Assembly (NCBI RefSeq): GCF_964355755.1
Contig: NC_092675.1
Coordinates: 22,540,912-22,604,911 of the forward strand
Direction of reading: 5' to 3'
DNA from: Antedon mediterranea
Taxonomy: Eukaryota > Animalia > Echinodermata
Length of the DNA: 64,000 bases
Under the pieces are notes generated by a model. The model ran no database searches and had not been told where the DNA came from. It was given only the letters and a program-made list of their open reading frames with translations. Of the stretch, positions 26,001 to 41,220 are shown one piece after another. The translations under genes were made by a program, and so were the position numbers. Positions within the stretch are counted from its first letter, which is position 1, and the number at the start of each line of letters is the position of its first letter.

Positions 26001-29000
26001 ATCCTGTCCTGGCCAACTATTATGCCTTTAGCCTAGCTTTTCTAGCCTAGCTTGTTGGCCTAGAAATCAGACAGAAAACCTGAAAAGTATTTACCTGCAA
26101 TTCATAAATTATACAATTCTAACATGCAACAGCCATTAAAATATTGATAACAAGTTACAAAGTGTCATTTTAAAATAATTAAGAAAGATATTTGATCGTG
26201 TTTACATGTGTCACACATGGGCGCACGCACAATAGGGGAGGGCTGAGAGAGCTTCTAGAAGATGCTGACGTCACACATCAGCACGTGTTTTGAGGAGGAT
26301 TTGAGTGACCAAAATTGGTTAGAACTTTCGAAGAAATAATCCATCTTCAAAATGACATAATTAAAGCAACCAGCAGCTAAGCTTTTTTAAATAATAAACA
26401 TTATATTTAGGCCTCCTATATTAATGTTTCCTTTTAAAATTAAATATATTTTATTAACTCGTTCCATAAAAACATAAAGGGAAAAATTATTGGTTGGGAC
26501 ATGATCTTCCTGTAAAGGAGGTGTTTCTATGACACCGTACTGGTTGCACTATGAGGCGATGAAGTAAACTCGCCCTTGAATGCGCGCAGGCAGGGGAATC
26601 CCCTTTGTTGGTACCTCGCACTGTGAGATGGAGCGCGATGAATTGCTCTCCTTTTCGAAGGTTGTTGATTGCGATCGCGCTCGCGATCCTTAAAAACGAG
26701 GGACTGCCATTAGGCTTGTAGCTTTATAACTTAGCTTATATATTATTAGCCTAGGCCTAGATTGGTTTTAACTTTTAAAAATCCACGTGTTTTTAGGCCT
26801 CTTGACAGAAAAATCAACACTGTCAAAAGCTAGGCTCTATTTTGAAAATTAAGGAGCGCGATAAATTGCTCTCCTCGAAGCCTGTTGAGGAGCGCGGAGG
26901 AGCGCGGTCGCGCAGGCGCTCCTTATAAATGATGCCCTGATGTATGTAACAATTAAAATAAATAATTGTTTGGCAGAGGTTGTCTTTCTGGCCTGAAACA
27001 ACATATGTCGTTTAGAGTTATGAAATATTTGTTTGCATCCATTGCATTCAGCTGTTCAACCCCAGTGTTTTCAACTTCAAAATTTTTTTTCTTTATGACC
27101 AAATTTATACATCCAGTGTGATCAATGTTTGTGAAGCCGCAGCACAATCGCATCATTGGAGTGGAGTTTGTGGCTTAGTGGTTATGATGCTTGGCTACCA
27201 CTCCAAGGGTCCTGGGTTCAAGTCCCGTCACATGTCAGGATTTTTTCTAAGGACAAAATTACAACTCCCTTCCCAAAGACTTGTAATAAGACTTGGTTTA
27301 TGTAGAGCATCTTGTGTATGTTTGTCTTGTGAACCTTTGAGGGTCCCTAATGATCAGCAATTGCTGGATGGATCACCCTCATTAAATATGGTGAAAAATT
27401 AAGAAAATGAGTGTACAGTAGCAATATGTAACGCTGGCAAATACAGTATATCAGCATATTTTAAGACTGTACAGTTAGTATTTTGTTTGAATGCTTTAAA
27501 GCGTGTGTTTGTGCAAGCTTCAAGAACATATCGTGCTAGAAAATCAATGCTAATCAATAGTCATTTGCAAGGAAATTCATACTGGGAGTGTTGTATCAAG
27601 TTTCTTAAATGTACAATTTAAAATTACAAAACTACAGACCCGAAGAAAACTATCAAGTTGAATCAACTATATGCCATCTGATGTTTGCGATAAAATGTGA
27701 AAATTATCAGTAAAAGTAATTAAATACAGTATACTGAACATTTATGAGAATTAACTATACATACCTGACATATTAATACAGTTTATAGTACTGTAGTACA
27801 GTAGGATAAAACTGTTAAACTGTCCTACAGCCTACAGGTTTCTGTACCAATTTAGAGGAGGTTCTTTATTCCTTTCTTTAGAATATTAAGAAAATCAAAG
27901 TTTGCATGTTCATCATTGATATAATATGACTTTAGTCATGATCTGCACATGTTCTTTAGTTGCATAAGGCCAGAATCGCACTTGACTGAAAAATGGTAAA
28001 TTTAACCATGGAGGTACAGTACCTCCATGATTTAACCAAGGAAACCAAGGTATCCATGGCCATAGGTTGCTATCAGTAGTGTAGTTCAGGTTTAGTTATT
28101 TGCCGGGGTAAGTTTGTTTCATGGGCAGCCTACTATGGTGGGTATGAACCAACTTATTTAGATAAATAAACATTTTCTGATAGTGATACACGGAAGAAGC
28201 TGTATTTTTTCATGTTTATAATATATATTAAACCTGCAGCACTACAATTGGTGAAGTGAAATTCATTAAGTAAAACACAATGGATGATAATCAATATAAG
28301 CTTTATCAGCTGGAATGAGCTTGTGTGTCCAGTTACTATTGTACTCACTATTAATTTCATTTAATTCAGCTACAAACAATTCATGTTAATATTGCCTATC
28401 GAGTATCCTCTTCATATTGCAAGGTGTGTCATAAACTATTCTATTATACAGCAAAAACACTACAGTTTTAGTTTGGAATAAGAATTATAAATTTCATTTG
28501 TTTGAAACTGTATTGCATCTTATCCAAACAAGCACTGAAAATTTAATATTGTATTATTGATTTTTGTAAGCCATTGAGTGTAGACATTGCAGTATTTACA
28601 ATTTACATCTGAGCATTTACCACATACTGTATTCTGTCAATACAAGAAGGAAATGCAATGAATTATTTTCTTTCCTCCATGGTCAATACAACTCACAAAT
28701 ATAGGATCTTATTTTTAATATTCAATATATTGAGATTGAGACTGTTGTTTATTTTATTATACAGACTGTAACCAACAGAATGAAGAATTTATAATAACCC
28801 TTTCTCACTGTGTTAGGCTGGCCAAAGGTCCAACTTTATGAGCAATCATGATGCACTCAAGTACTGTTAGAAATTTTTAAATGATATTTTTATTACTCAT
28901 TACAGTTCAAATTAACTCTAGTACTGTATACCCAACAATGAGATCCATACCAATACTAACAAAATTATAAAAATGACAAAATTACTGATTTTGACCTGAA

Positions 29001-32000
29001 ATTGACACCATTCAACAATTTTGAGTTGACATTACAACCATCATTTTGTGGAAGAGCTCACACATTCAGTGTACATTAAATTAATTTGTATTCAACCATA
29101 AATACTATACCCAGCCACACTGGCAATAAAGAGTATTTAGAGCACATACCGTAGGTTAGTAATTTTTTATGTATGCCTTTAAATTTAAATTTTTTTTTTT
29201 TGCTCCACCTAAATTTAATGTTTGACGGCAATGGAGAGAGTGTCATCTTTTACTCCATTCAAATTTAAAACTTGATTGAATCCTGTTTTGTGGTTCATTG
29301 TTGCATCTACTGTACATGTTTAGTAGGAAAGGGAGTGGCCATATTTAATCAAGGAAATCAATGTTTGGCTACTATTGGCTTGGTACAGAAATAATCATAC
29401 AGTATATATGGTTCCATAGACAGATTTTATGTTATGTTGTAGATACTGTACATATAGTATACATTTCAATATTTAAATTAAATCTAAAATAGAAAAGAAT
29501 GAAAAAGCGGTATTAAAACAAAATGTATTTGGGTGACATAACCAATAAAATATTATGAAATGAGGTAGGTTCTCGGTTTTGGACCTCTTACAAGTGGAGA
29601 GATTATAATTTTAGTATAGGGATATCAGTTTATTTAGGGTGAACAGTTAATATTACTATTACTAATTAGGGTGTAAGAAAGTTTATTATTCATATACATG
29701 GGTCATTATTCTAGTCTAGAATCTAGTGAAGACCAGAATGAGGCTTCAAAACGAAAACTATTCTATCATTATTATTATAATTTTAATAGAATTTGGTATT
29801 AATAATAATAATAGTCTAATTATTTTGTTGTAAATTATAATTACTCACAACAATCCATCACCTAATAAATCAATTCCTTCTAGAATAAAATTTACATATA
29901 AGATTGATTATGATTGAAATGGTGCATCTAAAGCATTGGCGATATGGATAATAAAACTAACTGCGATATTCAAACAGTTTTGAAGTAGCCTGTAATATTA
30001 CTGTATAATTGTGTATTCATGAACACTGAATGCACTCGTTGAAATTGAATACAGTTTGTGTGCATCAAGGTGTGGTGTATTGGTTGTCAATTGGTTGTAT
30101 TAATACAGTAAACCAATTCTTTTATGCTTGTTGTATTGTGAACTTTTAGTTTAATAAACTCTTTAAAAAAATGTTATGTGAAGAATAAAAAAAAAAATAA
30201 CAAGAATGTCTTGAATAAACTGTTTTGATAAAAAGTACAGGTTAGTAGTTGTAACCACAAAAGCAATCTTTTTTTTCCATTTGATGTACAGTATTTACAG
30301 CATGAATTTGTTGAAAATAAATAAACATATATTGTGTCTGTTGATGGCAGCAGGCCTATATCATAGCAGCTAACTCCTAAATATTACCTTTAATAACCTA
30401 CATCACTACATACAGTACTGTAATCTCTTCCTATACTGCAGTATCACATGGGATAAAGGTTGCTGTCAGAAGACTACCGGATATTCATTTTGGCTAGACA
30501 TGATACTGCTTTTGTATCAAGTGAACTTAAAGTTCAAATAGTCAAAGTTCCAAACAGATTCTATGTACTGTACACTCACTCCATATTCTCATTAGTATAA
30601 ATAGATAGATAAATAGATAAACACTAATTAAAATATTACATCATCATTACTCATTAACTACATTGTAATCAATATTATGAACCAGAATCAGGCCTAACCC
30701 TCTTTCAAGTACACTCGACTCACTCTCCAGTATAAACTGGTTTTTAATTATACTGTCAATGACACTGTTTCAATTTCAGGATTTAAGCCTTTGAAATTGT
30801 AAAAACGCATACATAAATACATAATACTATTAATACTATTTGCTATTCTATGTTTCAAACGTTAATCTGCTACCATGCAGTTTCTGGCAACTAAAAATAG
30901 TTAAATCAATTATAAAATATTTTAGGATTTTGGGCTTACAGTACTTGATAGCTTATTCATTTGGGTGGTGTTCAGACAGTCTATAATGTTAGTCTAGCAG
31001 TTCATGAGCAAAAAAATAAAAAAAAATAATTGTTTTCCAGATATTTGTGTGGATGTGTCCATACAGTGACACAATAATATTAGAATTAAGCGCTGCTAGC
31101 GGTGAGCCAAAAAAAGAGGAAATATTAATATTAGTTATTCATTTCCAGTTTATTTGATTGTTGCACTTTGGGGTGGTGTTCCTCAGTTTACAATTTAATA
31201 GTTGAGCAGGGCTGAGCAGGGAGAATTGTTATAGCTTTCCAGTTTATTTGATTCAATACGCTTTTGCGATTTCCCCTTTTTAAAATTTTAGTTAAGTAGC
31301 ACTGAGCTTAGTAGAGGTTTACACTTGTTTGCAATGATTTAGGTTGTGTTCAGACAGTGATTCCCCAGTAAATCATTTTAGTTGAGTAGCACTGAGCTTA
31401 GTAGAGGTTTACACTTCGTTGCAATGATTTAGGTTGTGTTCAGACAGTGATTCCCCAGTAAATAATTTTAGTTGAGTAGCACTTAACACAAAAAGAAATA
31501 AATAAGAATAAAAATAAATTGTTATCGGTGTCAAATTGAATGTTACACTTTACAGTGAAGCAGATAATGCATTTTATAAATTTAGTATCTGACATCGTTT
31601 TTGTAAAAAAAAAATTTGTGTGGTGCATTCAAGGCATTTATTCCTTATACGAATCTCAATTTCAAATGTCCACTTTAAGATTTTCTGTTAGACAAATCTA
31701 AAATGTCTTACTTGAATATCCCTATGCAAGCCTCTGAGTATAGTTGTTTTATTAGTGTTTCCAGATATATGCAGGTCTAGTCATCATAACTTTTGCTTTA
31801 GGTATTGAACATTATAGCTTTCAATATGTACACTCTTTCCAAGGTATTTTGATATACAGCTTTTGAAAACGTTTTGAAAATAATAATTAAATTGAGATGG
31901 ACTGAACATTTTTCTTAGGCCTATAGTTAATGCATTATTTTTAAAGATATTAAAATAAAAAACATAATCAATATTTTATCATTAATTTTTTAACAACAAG

Positions 32001-35000
32001 ATTGTTAAAATATTACTATTGAAATTATTGTGAAAGTTGATATAATGTTTTAGTGACAATGCATTTGGTATATTGTATATTTCTTGAGAATGGTTGTGTT
32101 TGTGTTGGCACATGAGGGTGGGGTTTTCAGACTAGTCCATTAGTAACTACAGTATGTGAAATAATTGTCTTATTCTAAGAAGAGTTTATACAACTCTCTC
32201 TTTTCACACTGCTGCTCTAGCCAGCTACGTCCCATGAGGACTACTCATTCATAAGCTAAAGCAAGCAGCGATTAAAGGACATCTTTTTAATAATTATTCA
32301 TAAATATTTCTGAAGAAAGAACAATGATTAATTTAAAAATGTCGAGCACCATTTTTTGTAAGAAATATTTCTTGTTTACAGTACCACAGAAAAAGCATTA
32401 ACTGTTCGTGTCTCTAATTATGATTTAAAAGTTTTGTTTCTAAAAATAAATATTGAAATGAAATGGAATCATTTTGCCAACATCTTAGCTTTCTTCACAC
32501 TACTATTAACTGTGCATCACTCAGGTGGCTAATAACCATGCTGTCCAGCATTCTCATTGCTTCTTTTTGTGTGATAAATGTGATTGTTTTCAATCTGTCA
32601 GAAGAATATTTAAGCTCTATCCCATCATGCTAGATGCACAGGAAATAAATGAAAATCACTGTCTATCTATACTTAGAATAGGGACTTATTTTCTCCGCCT
32701 ATATTTGAGGAAGAGACTTTTGGGGTTTGGCAGGAAAATCTGTGGGGTTTGGCAAGACACAATTTCACAGGCAGCTGCCTGTAGTTGAGGGACTTTTGGG
32801 ATTTGACAGGAACATTTCTGTCTGTACAGGTAGTTGATGAAGGGGCTTTTTGTGTTTGGCATGAAAATCTGCCATTGGTAAGCTATAGAAGAAGCTAAAC
32901 CCTAATTTTATAAGTTGTACTGTACTAATACTTGGTACTACAATAAACGTTAACCCTAAATAGATAGTGATTCAGTTCATTAGCCATCCTTTATTAGCCT
33001 AAAGAATTTGTGTTGGCGGCATATCTACGATAAAATATTTACTTTTGATAAGTGTGAGCATAACAATGTGTTTACACAACAGTGATAGTATAAGTTAGCT
33101 GACTACAAACACAATTTTGTCCATTGTGTGCTCTTCCTTTTCCAGCAGGATACGGTGAAGCATTACAACCATACAATAGATTGACATTTACAATTACTGG
33201 CTTCAAAAATAGAAATCTGATGTGTCCAATTATTTTGCAAACCCCATTGAATGTCTATCTTTTACTTTGATACACTGACAATAGCCTGTTCTCAAAGACT
33301 CAATCTCCATATACATGGTATTTGGTTAAAAAACACTTTTTGGTTCAATGGTTGTTTTTAATACCTAAAATGGTATGGTGATATGGAAAGTAGGTAGGAA
33401 AGAGTAGTTACTCAAAGTACTTTGAAAAAAAAAGGTTTGGTTTAATATGGTGATGTGTGACCCCGTGTGTGACTTTAAGTTTCAATCGGAGTGAGCCTCA
33501 TATTTTTTTTTTTCATTTACCAATATCGGTAGTTATTTCATTTATAATTATCATGAAACTATTGAAATATAATTTAAATAATTTTTATAAAGAAGATGTT
33601 AGTTATGTTATTATACTGTAATTTTTTATCCTAAATTATATAATTATATATTCTAGGTTATTTTTATTTTTTTAGTAATGTGTTTTGTTATGGGTCCCTA
33701 CGAGACAAGTTTTTAACTTCTAGAAGGGATCCATGATAATAATGACTACCAATTACTGCTTTATCTATGTTCACTTTAATATCTTTTTTCTATTTTGTAT
33801 ATATTCATTCATTATTATCTAAAAAAATAAATATTATCTGAATCATGCAAGATACGCGAGACTTGACGGGTATGGTGGTGTAACATAGGAGTTAAACAAT
33901 TGAAATTAAGAAGTATTTATAAATGCATATAATTTATTAATCATCAATTTTGGAAATTAAAACGCAAAAGATAAAAATCCTGAACTTACAGTAGTAACAC
34001 TATGTCAATTGGACTCGGAGGAAAACAAAGTGAAAAGTTGTTAGTATTTAGTGTCAGTGAATAGAATTGCTGTCGTTTAAAAATCATCAAAGATTGTGAA
34101 AAAGCAATGTTTGAATGTGTGTATTTGCTGGATATTTGCAGTTTGACCTTTCAAAGTGATAAATTCAATTTGCATTCAAAGAGTGGCAAGCAACACTGTA
34201 CATGGCTACATGTAACGCTGCATAAATTCTTTTGTTTCTAAATACTGAAATAGTCTTGAATATTTTAATAATATCACAAATATTCAAGATACAGTGTATT
34301 AACAGTATACACTGTACTGCATTTTTAATATTTAAAAATGTTTTTAATTCTGTGATGATTGAATTGAAAGAAAAGCATGGATTCCAATGATAACAATTTT
34401 TCATATTAAATTTGACTATTCTCATATTTATAAAAAATATTAATACAACCAGCATAAAAGTATAATGTTGACATAAATTTTAAAATATGCATTAAAAAAC
34501 CAACTGAAAACATCTTTTAAGACTAAATACAGTATTTTTACATTATTTGTCAGTCACTATACTGTTTGTAATAAAGGGTCTTTCATACCTGATCCTCTCC
34601 GCTTCAGGTTCGCGTTGGATTGCATGAACAGCATAGTGAATTTTTGTTTTCACGATGCAACAAGCCACTACATACATATCAAGTAAAAATATTGGTGCAT
34701 AGCCACATGGGATGTTGTGAAAATGAAACATTGGGATGTGATTTTATTTTCCAAAGCTCGACCAAAGCAGTTGTGAAAAATGCTTAATTAAATAAAGTAT
34801 TTCTATACATTACCAGTGATGACACCACATACATCACTACACTATGCATATGAAAATATTAATTTAAGATATTCATGATGAGTCTTTGCAGTTTAGAAAG
34901 TAATTATATAACATCTTGTATTTTGTGTTTTTCAGGACACAGCAGGGCAAGAGAGGTATCGTACAATTACAACAGCTTACTACAGAGGAGCTATGGGGTT

Positions 35001-37445
35001 TATTCTTATGTATGATGTAACAAATGAAGAATCATTCAATAGTGTACAAGATTGGTAAGAAATGATAACATACAGTGCAAACTTTCTGATGTCAAGTTTA
35101 TTCTACTGCAGTAACTGCATTGTTTACTGCAATCATGTATGATTTTAGTAGTTTCTTTCTAAAGAATTACAAAATGTATTTACTGCAGTAGAATGGTGTT
35201 GATGTGGTTTTCCTTACATTCAATGGAATTGACCAGGATGTACACATACTGTAAATCTCATAGAGAGGTTATATTAGTAATGACCATGAAAAAGATACTG
35301 GTACCCAGCCAGCGTAAAATGTCACCAGAATTCAGTCTGTACTGCTCAACTGAATCATCCTTAGTTTTATGGAGAAATTGGAGAATGAATTAGACCCTCC
35401 CACACCTGCTTCTGTGGTAGCATGGGACAATTCCTTAGAAAAGTGTGTGTAATCAATTTTAATTATTAAGCGATTTGTGGTAAATCATTTTTGCTGTGAA
35501 AATAGTGTTTAAAAGAAATTTTGTGCAGTAAATCGTTTCTATAGTGTCCCTGTGTGTTGAGTGCTGCTACTACCAAACGGCGCTTATTTGTTCTTTTTAT
35601 GATATAAAGTGCCGAAACATTTGTACGGTATTTTCCACCCACAGCGAATTGTTGGGTGGAGCCTACAATGATCAGGACATACATTAGATCACTGTATTCA
35701 TTTCAAATCTAAGCATTTATCTTTATGCAACATTTATATTGTTCGGCAATTTCATTAAAAGAGAAATTTATTTGGTTGCTGCCGACCGTCCATGTCATCA
35801 AGGTTACTATTAATCTTCCGAAGATTTCAATCTAATTTTCTGTTTAATTTTATCCGCCATCTCTTGATTCAAACACTCAACAGAATCCAAGTGTTCTTGA
35901 AAATTTACCTTTGCTGCACGTACTGTTACATATTTCAAGTTGGCAATTATTTTTCAAGAAAATGGCATTTTGTCTTATTCAACAATCTTGCTAATAATAA
36001 TCTTAATATGGATAATATTTAATTGCTCTTTGCTGCATTGATTTCATAGTGGTGGCTAGCCATTGATTTTGCATGCATACTCACAATATTCTGAGACATG
36101 TCGTTATTTTGAGACAGCCATGCAGCTGCACATCTTATGAATTTGATAATTCATTTTGAATGGTGTTTTCTTTTGGATCTACATTAAAAATTATCGTGTT
36201 AATAAAAGTAATCCTCATAAACAGAAAATGACACCATTTTGAATGGTGTTTGCTTTTTGATCTACAGTAAAAATTATGATGTTAATAAAAGTAAGCCTCA
36301 GAAACAGAAAATGATACCATAAACTGTAGTTTATAGTCTAATACTACTATTATGATCTTAGTCTGACAAGCCATTAGTGCACAGGTACCAGGTATAAATG
36401 GTAGTAAATTGGGTCCTATCAACTGTATCAATTATTTTAAATAGAGATTTTTACAGGGCTTCAAAATAGTGTTTTTTTGTACTGAAATTACCTTACTCCA
36501 TTACTGTTTATTATATTTGTCTTTTGTCTTCTTGTCTATTTTTTATTACATTTAATTTGCATTTTTTTCTCATGGCAGGTGTACACAAATAAAAACATAT
36601 TCATGGGACAATGCTCAAGTGATCTTGGTTGGTAATAAATGTGATATGGAAGAAGAAAGAGTACTGTCAGCAGAGAAAGGAAAACAATTGGCAGATCAAC
36701 TGGGTATGTAACGGTTTAAAATTAAATGGCTACAAAGGTGTTTGGATTTAAAGGAAGATAGGAAAGAAGTGACAATTTTAGTAGACCTGATACAGTGTAC
36801 AGTGTCATCAATGAACATACAGGGATCACTGTAAAGCTGGGTTCCCACTCAGACGCAATACTAGACGTAGAATCAACACAAGTGAGTTGACCAATCACAA
36901 GCGAATGATGGTGTATCGTGTTGCGATTGGTCAAATATACTTGCGGTTTGGTTACATCCAAGTGGGGACCAAGCTTTATTTTTTTTTAATTCTTTTTTGA
37001 AGAATTTATTCTTTCTTCTTTTTCTTATAATCTAAAGAGCTTGCAAGTGAAAAATTGTTTTCTCAACATTTATACATGCAGCTATATGCAAATCTTTTAT
37101 GGACATAGTCACGTGGCGCTTGAAAAAAAAAAGACGCTAATTCTGTTTGCGCAATCTGATGTGAACCTACTGTAAACTAGAGCCATAGTAGGTGTAAAAA
37201 ACCCTTTAAGTTTGTTAATAAATACTAAAAACTAAAGATTCTTTAATCTAATTTCAGGTTTGGAGTTCTTTGAAACCAGTGCAAAAGAAAACATAAACGT
37301 AAAACAAACATTTGAGCGACTTGTGGATATAATATGCGACAAAATGTCAGAAAGTTTGGATTCCGACCCAACAATTGTAAGCGGCTCAAAAGGCACGAGG
37401 CTAACGGAAAACCCTCAACCAGCTTCAAGCAATTGTAGCTGTTAA
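23034..37445 (+). CDS. RAB3: Ras-related protein Rab-3, 4 coding exons, 219 aa
   Basis: Exons 23034-23261, 34936-35054, 36579-36703, 37258-37445 (660 nt). Motifs: [75 protein letters not shown]-terminal CSC prenylation motif. Confidence 0.97.
23457..23798. mobile_element. Degraded MITE (possibly Harbinger-like)
   Basis: Imperfect TIRs AACCAGTTTTCAACTA and TAGTGGAAAACAGATT. Confidence 0.35.
25687..26939. mobile_element. P/hAT-like non-autonomous element, CAGGG...CCCTG, 7-bp TSD
   Basis: TIR CAGGGCATCA / TGATGCCCTG; ATGTATG on both sides; subterminal GCTCTCCT motif repeated near both ends; CpG-rich relative to the host intron. Confidence 0.75.
27157..27400 (+). mobile_element. tRNA-derived SINE, family A
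   Basis: A-box TGGCTTAGTGG and B-box GGTTCAAGTCC; matches 15697-15924 (reverse complement) and 58342-58510. Confidence 0.85.
28000..28036. mobile_element. P-element-type excision footprint
   Basis: ATTTAAC-CATGGAGGTAC-A-GTACCTCCATG-ATTTAAC. Confidence 0.7.
31286..31483. repeat. 90-bp tandem repeat, ~2.2 copies, with older diverged units from ~30960
   Basis: GTT(A/G)AGTAGCACT at 31291, 31381 and 31471; TTTGGGTGGTGTTC near 30960 and 31167. Confidence 0.85.
36152..36320. repeat. ~83-bp tandem duplication
   Basis: CATTTTGAATGGTGTTT...AACAGAAAATGA.AC twice in tandem, moderately diverged. Confidence 0.8.
36835..36975. mobile_element. Short PIF/Harbinger-type foldback MITE
   Basis: TAA-AGCTGGGTTCCCACT ... 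AGTGGGGACCAAGCT-TTA; internal inverted TGACCAATCACAA / TTGCGATTGGTCA. Confidence 0.65.
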
Positions 37446-37713
37446 AGGTCAAAGGTTAAGTTAATTGGGTAGATTTGTTGACTCTCGTGGAGACGTATAT
37501 CTTCAACTGCATTCCCTTTCACTAAAAACTACTTTAAAAAATGATTAAAAAATAATTAATTAAAATCTATTGTGTTCAATGTCCAGCTATAAATTCTATT
37601 CAATATTGATGTTTACCCATCAATTTATATTACCATAGATAAATATGGTGTACTGTTTTTAGTGCTTGTTATAATAATTTACAATTATTTGAAAATCAAG
37701 AATAAAATTTTGT

Positions 37714-37964
37714 TAGTGACGCCACGAAGTGACACTAACAACATAGTGGTTTGATGAAAACATGCGTATGAGGTTTCCAAAACACATATTCTAGCTTAAA
37801 GACATTTTTGTTTAAAAACAAAAAATCTACTAAAAGGTGTAGTTTAATTATTAATTAACTACTTATGTTACGGTTAAATATTTTGTCACTTTGTGAAAAC
37901 ACAAAATGCATTTCACATGCGTGGTGTCGGTAGTCATGTTAGTCCTCACTTTGTGGCGTCACTG
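37714..37964. mobile_element. MITE downstream of the Rab3 stop codon
   Basis: TIR AGTGACGCCACGAAGTGA.ACTAACA / TGTTAGTCCTCACTTTGTGGCGTCACTG. Confidence 0.65.
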
Positions 37965-40900
37965 ATGATATGATGCAATAGCGTTGATGATTAGGGTTCT
38001 TGTTCACTAATAACATTAAATGTTTATCATTCAATATATAAAAAAAAATAAATGTGTATGATGTATAAAACGCATGTCATTGTTTATAAATAGTAGGTTT
38101 TCTTGGAGCTGATAATTTAAACATGGACGAATTTAGCCATTAATCTGTGCTTAGTATCAACCAACATGTGGGTAAAATATAACTGTTTCTTTTATCCTTA
38201 AGTTATTACGTTTAGATATAAAATGTATTCAAATTAAGTTTATGATATATTTATTCATCATGGATGCATGATTGATGGTGATTTTTGCATAGATTTAATA
38301 GGAAGAAAAAAACGGTGAAGAAACAAAGACATTTGTTGGTAATACACAAAAAGACATTGCAATAATATCAAATGCTTATACTGTACTGACATATTTAAAA
38401 TAAAAAAACACCTCATAAGTATTAGTCAAAAATATATTCAGCACTGATTATGTGATAACCATGAAAATATAATTATTATTCACATCCCATCATTATTAAA
38501 GATAGATTATTTTTATGGAAAAACATTAAAATGAAAACCCGATGGAATTAAACATAAATATAATCAGAGATAATTTATTCACAGTCCCCATGCAGAAAGA
38601 TTTTTCCGATCTGAAAGAAATTTCTGTTATGGATATTATAATGACTAAAGTTAAGTCCATAATAACTATTGAATGTGATTGTTATTGAACCTGGTTGAAA
38701 AATGATTAATACTAGATTTTTTACCTATTATAGCTTCCAACATTTTCATAAAATAATCAATTATAATGGCATTATAATATGGCATGTGATGCACTTATCC
38801 TTGGCTACGATATTAGCGTAAAATCTAATTTTATTTGAGGAGAGCATTTGCTAGATAATTTTAATCATCATCAGTATTGACAATGTGTGGGCAGTTGAAT
38901 TCATTTAATCAAATGTAGTCGTGGTAACTGCTGACATAATATTCTTTTTACTTTATAGTTCTTAATTACTGACTTTAATTCATGAACATATGTAATCAAA
39001 TATTTTAATTTAGATAACGTAATTCGTGTAGGCCAGTCTCACCATTTTCATATTTTTGAATCCCATGTTGTTTTTCGGATTAATATTATTTTGATTATTT
39101 CACTGTCAATTATTCTTGTACAGAGAATGTATACTATTTATTTATTTTATTTATAAGAAATTCCACAAATTTGTATACTCTTTTTTTATTATGCTGTTAA
39201 TGTAGAAATATTTAAAAGTAATGTAGTGTTCTTTGAGTAGATGATAATTGTTGGTTGAAAAAAGTACTGACTATTTCTGTGTTTTATATCTATATCATCC
39301 ACAAGGACTGTTACAACCAAAGCACATTTCATTATTCCTTCAGATCAATAAAACTGCCTTAATTTTGCTCAGAAATTAGAACAGTTTATTTTAGCTAAAG
39401 GGGTGTTTTTGATAAACTAAATATTACATTCCTCTGATAAAAAAATATTTAAGAAATAATAATTTAATTTTCTGGGGAAAAAACCCAAATACAATACTTT
39501 ATTATTCCTGTTGTACATTCCATAATTTTAAATTGCTTCATCATTATTTTAAAAATTTAAATTATAATTTTTTTAGATTACACTATGTATCGGAAACGGA
39601 CCTGCCCACACAAAAAATGATAATGGCAAAATTTCCTTAAATAAGTATCATGTAGACAGCAAGTGAAAATTGAATAATAATATACCTACATTGATTAAAG
39701 TACAGTATTGAAGTGGTATTGATAAATTTTATTAGCATTATTTTCCAGTGTGGGTGTAAACAATAGCCTTATCTACCACGTAATCAAACATTTTATTTGG
39801 GTTCATGAATACAACTAAATTATTATGTATCTGGATATTAGTGTATATTAACTGATTAAGATTGTGTTTATTTTAATTTGGTTCGATTTTGGAGCATTAA
39901 TTCACTGCTTTACAAACTTAATGTCATCTTGTTCTTATATTTATTGTTGTGTTTCTTTATGACCAAGAAGAAGGTGTAAAGTATTACAAGTTTCAATTTA
40001 AGAATGTAATGTAGGCCACTTGTGTAAATCTATACACACTCATTCATACAATATTTATAGTGGGTTTTATGCAAAATGAAACATACAACATGTGAAGTTC
40101 TCATTTCAGTCTCCCTCCCCTCTACTTCTACTAAAACGTGTATTATAAAATGAATATGAACTTTATGGATTTCTAACATTGAGAATCGCCACCCTTTCCT
40201 GAAAACTATGCCACCACTAACATATAATTGTTGCCAATTTGTCATATCATTATAATTGCTTCTGTATTTTGTTAGTGGTTTGCAATGTACAGTATTTGTC
40301 TTTTATTCTAATAGTTTAATGTAATCAAAATATATTATGAGAAAGGTCAGAGTTCAATGTAATTTATGCTTCTGCTGCTGTACCTTTCTGTATTAAATAT
40401 ATTACAAAATTATGTAATAATGTACCATCATTAACATAATTGCTTCTGTATTTTGTTTTTTTCTAGCTAATTGCAATGTCTTTTGTCTTTCATTCAATCA
40501 CCATGTATTCTCAATATGTCAAAGTTCAAAATTATCTTAAGTTGTTGTTATGTTTATTGATGAATATGATTTTATTTGACGAAAGGGTGAACATTTTGTT
40601 ATAATAATATAAAAATATTTATATTATTTATTATAATACAAAATACTTATTTAAATTGTTTATATTATTGTGTTTAGAAAGTATAATTAGAAAATTAGAT
40701 TAAATATTACTGTATACATGGCATAAATGTTTGATACCTCAGGATTTGTTTCTTGGTTTGTAATTCACCAGAGCTCTCCTAGAATAAAGCATTTTCTTCC
40801 TGAAAAACTGATTGAGACTGTAACTAAGCAAGTTGTGCAATCCAACCCTAGCATTCCTTTCATATATGGTAGCAAAATGTGTTTGCCGTATGTTATCCAT

Positions 40901-41023
40901 GTGTAATGTATGAACCGTCTTTTGTTATTATCTATAGTCTGTGTACAGACCATATCGGGGTACGCAAGCTGGGTTTAATTCCATATTTGTACCTTTCAAA
41001 CAGGTCTGTACAAATCATATTTA

Positions 41024-41220
41024 TAGGCGTCGCCAGAGGTGCGAAAAAACTTTTTTTAACAGTATATTCAAGCAACATTGTCAATATATCTAAAGAAAAA
41101 ATAAAAGTTTAGTTCCCGCAGATATTGGGTCACGTTTGCATGCTATAGTTAATATATTTATTATGTAATCCTAATATGTGTGTCAATTTAACCTACTCTC
41201 CAAAATCCTGGCGACGCCTG
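41024..41220. mobile_element. Short hAT-like MITE
   Basis: TAGGCGTCGCCAG / CTGGCGACGCCTG TIRs; flanks CATATTTA and CATATAAC (degenerate TSD). Confidence 0.5.

Noticed and set aside
27160-27232. tRNA-like sequence with A and B boxes (also near 15850-15920, 47280-47352, 58345-58410)
   Set aside because: No complete cloverleaf, and each is followed by a shared SINE body; these are SINE heads.
23262-34935. Nested gene or alternative exon in the 11.7-kb Rab3 intron
   Set aside because: I found no Rab-like alternative exon or convincing coding exon chain by eye; small exons cannot be excluded.
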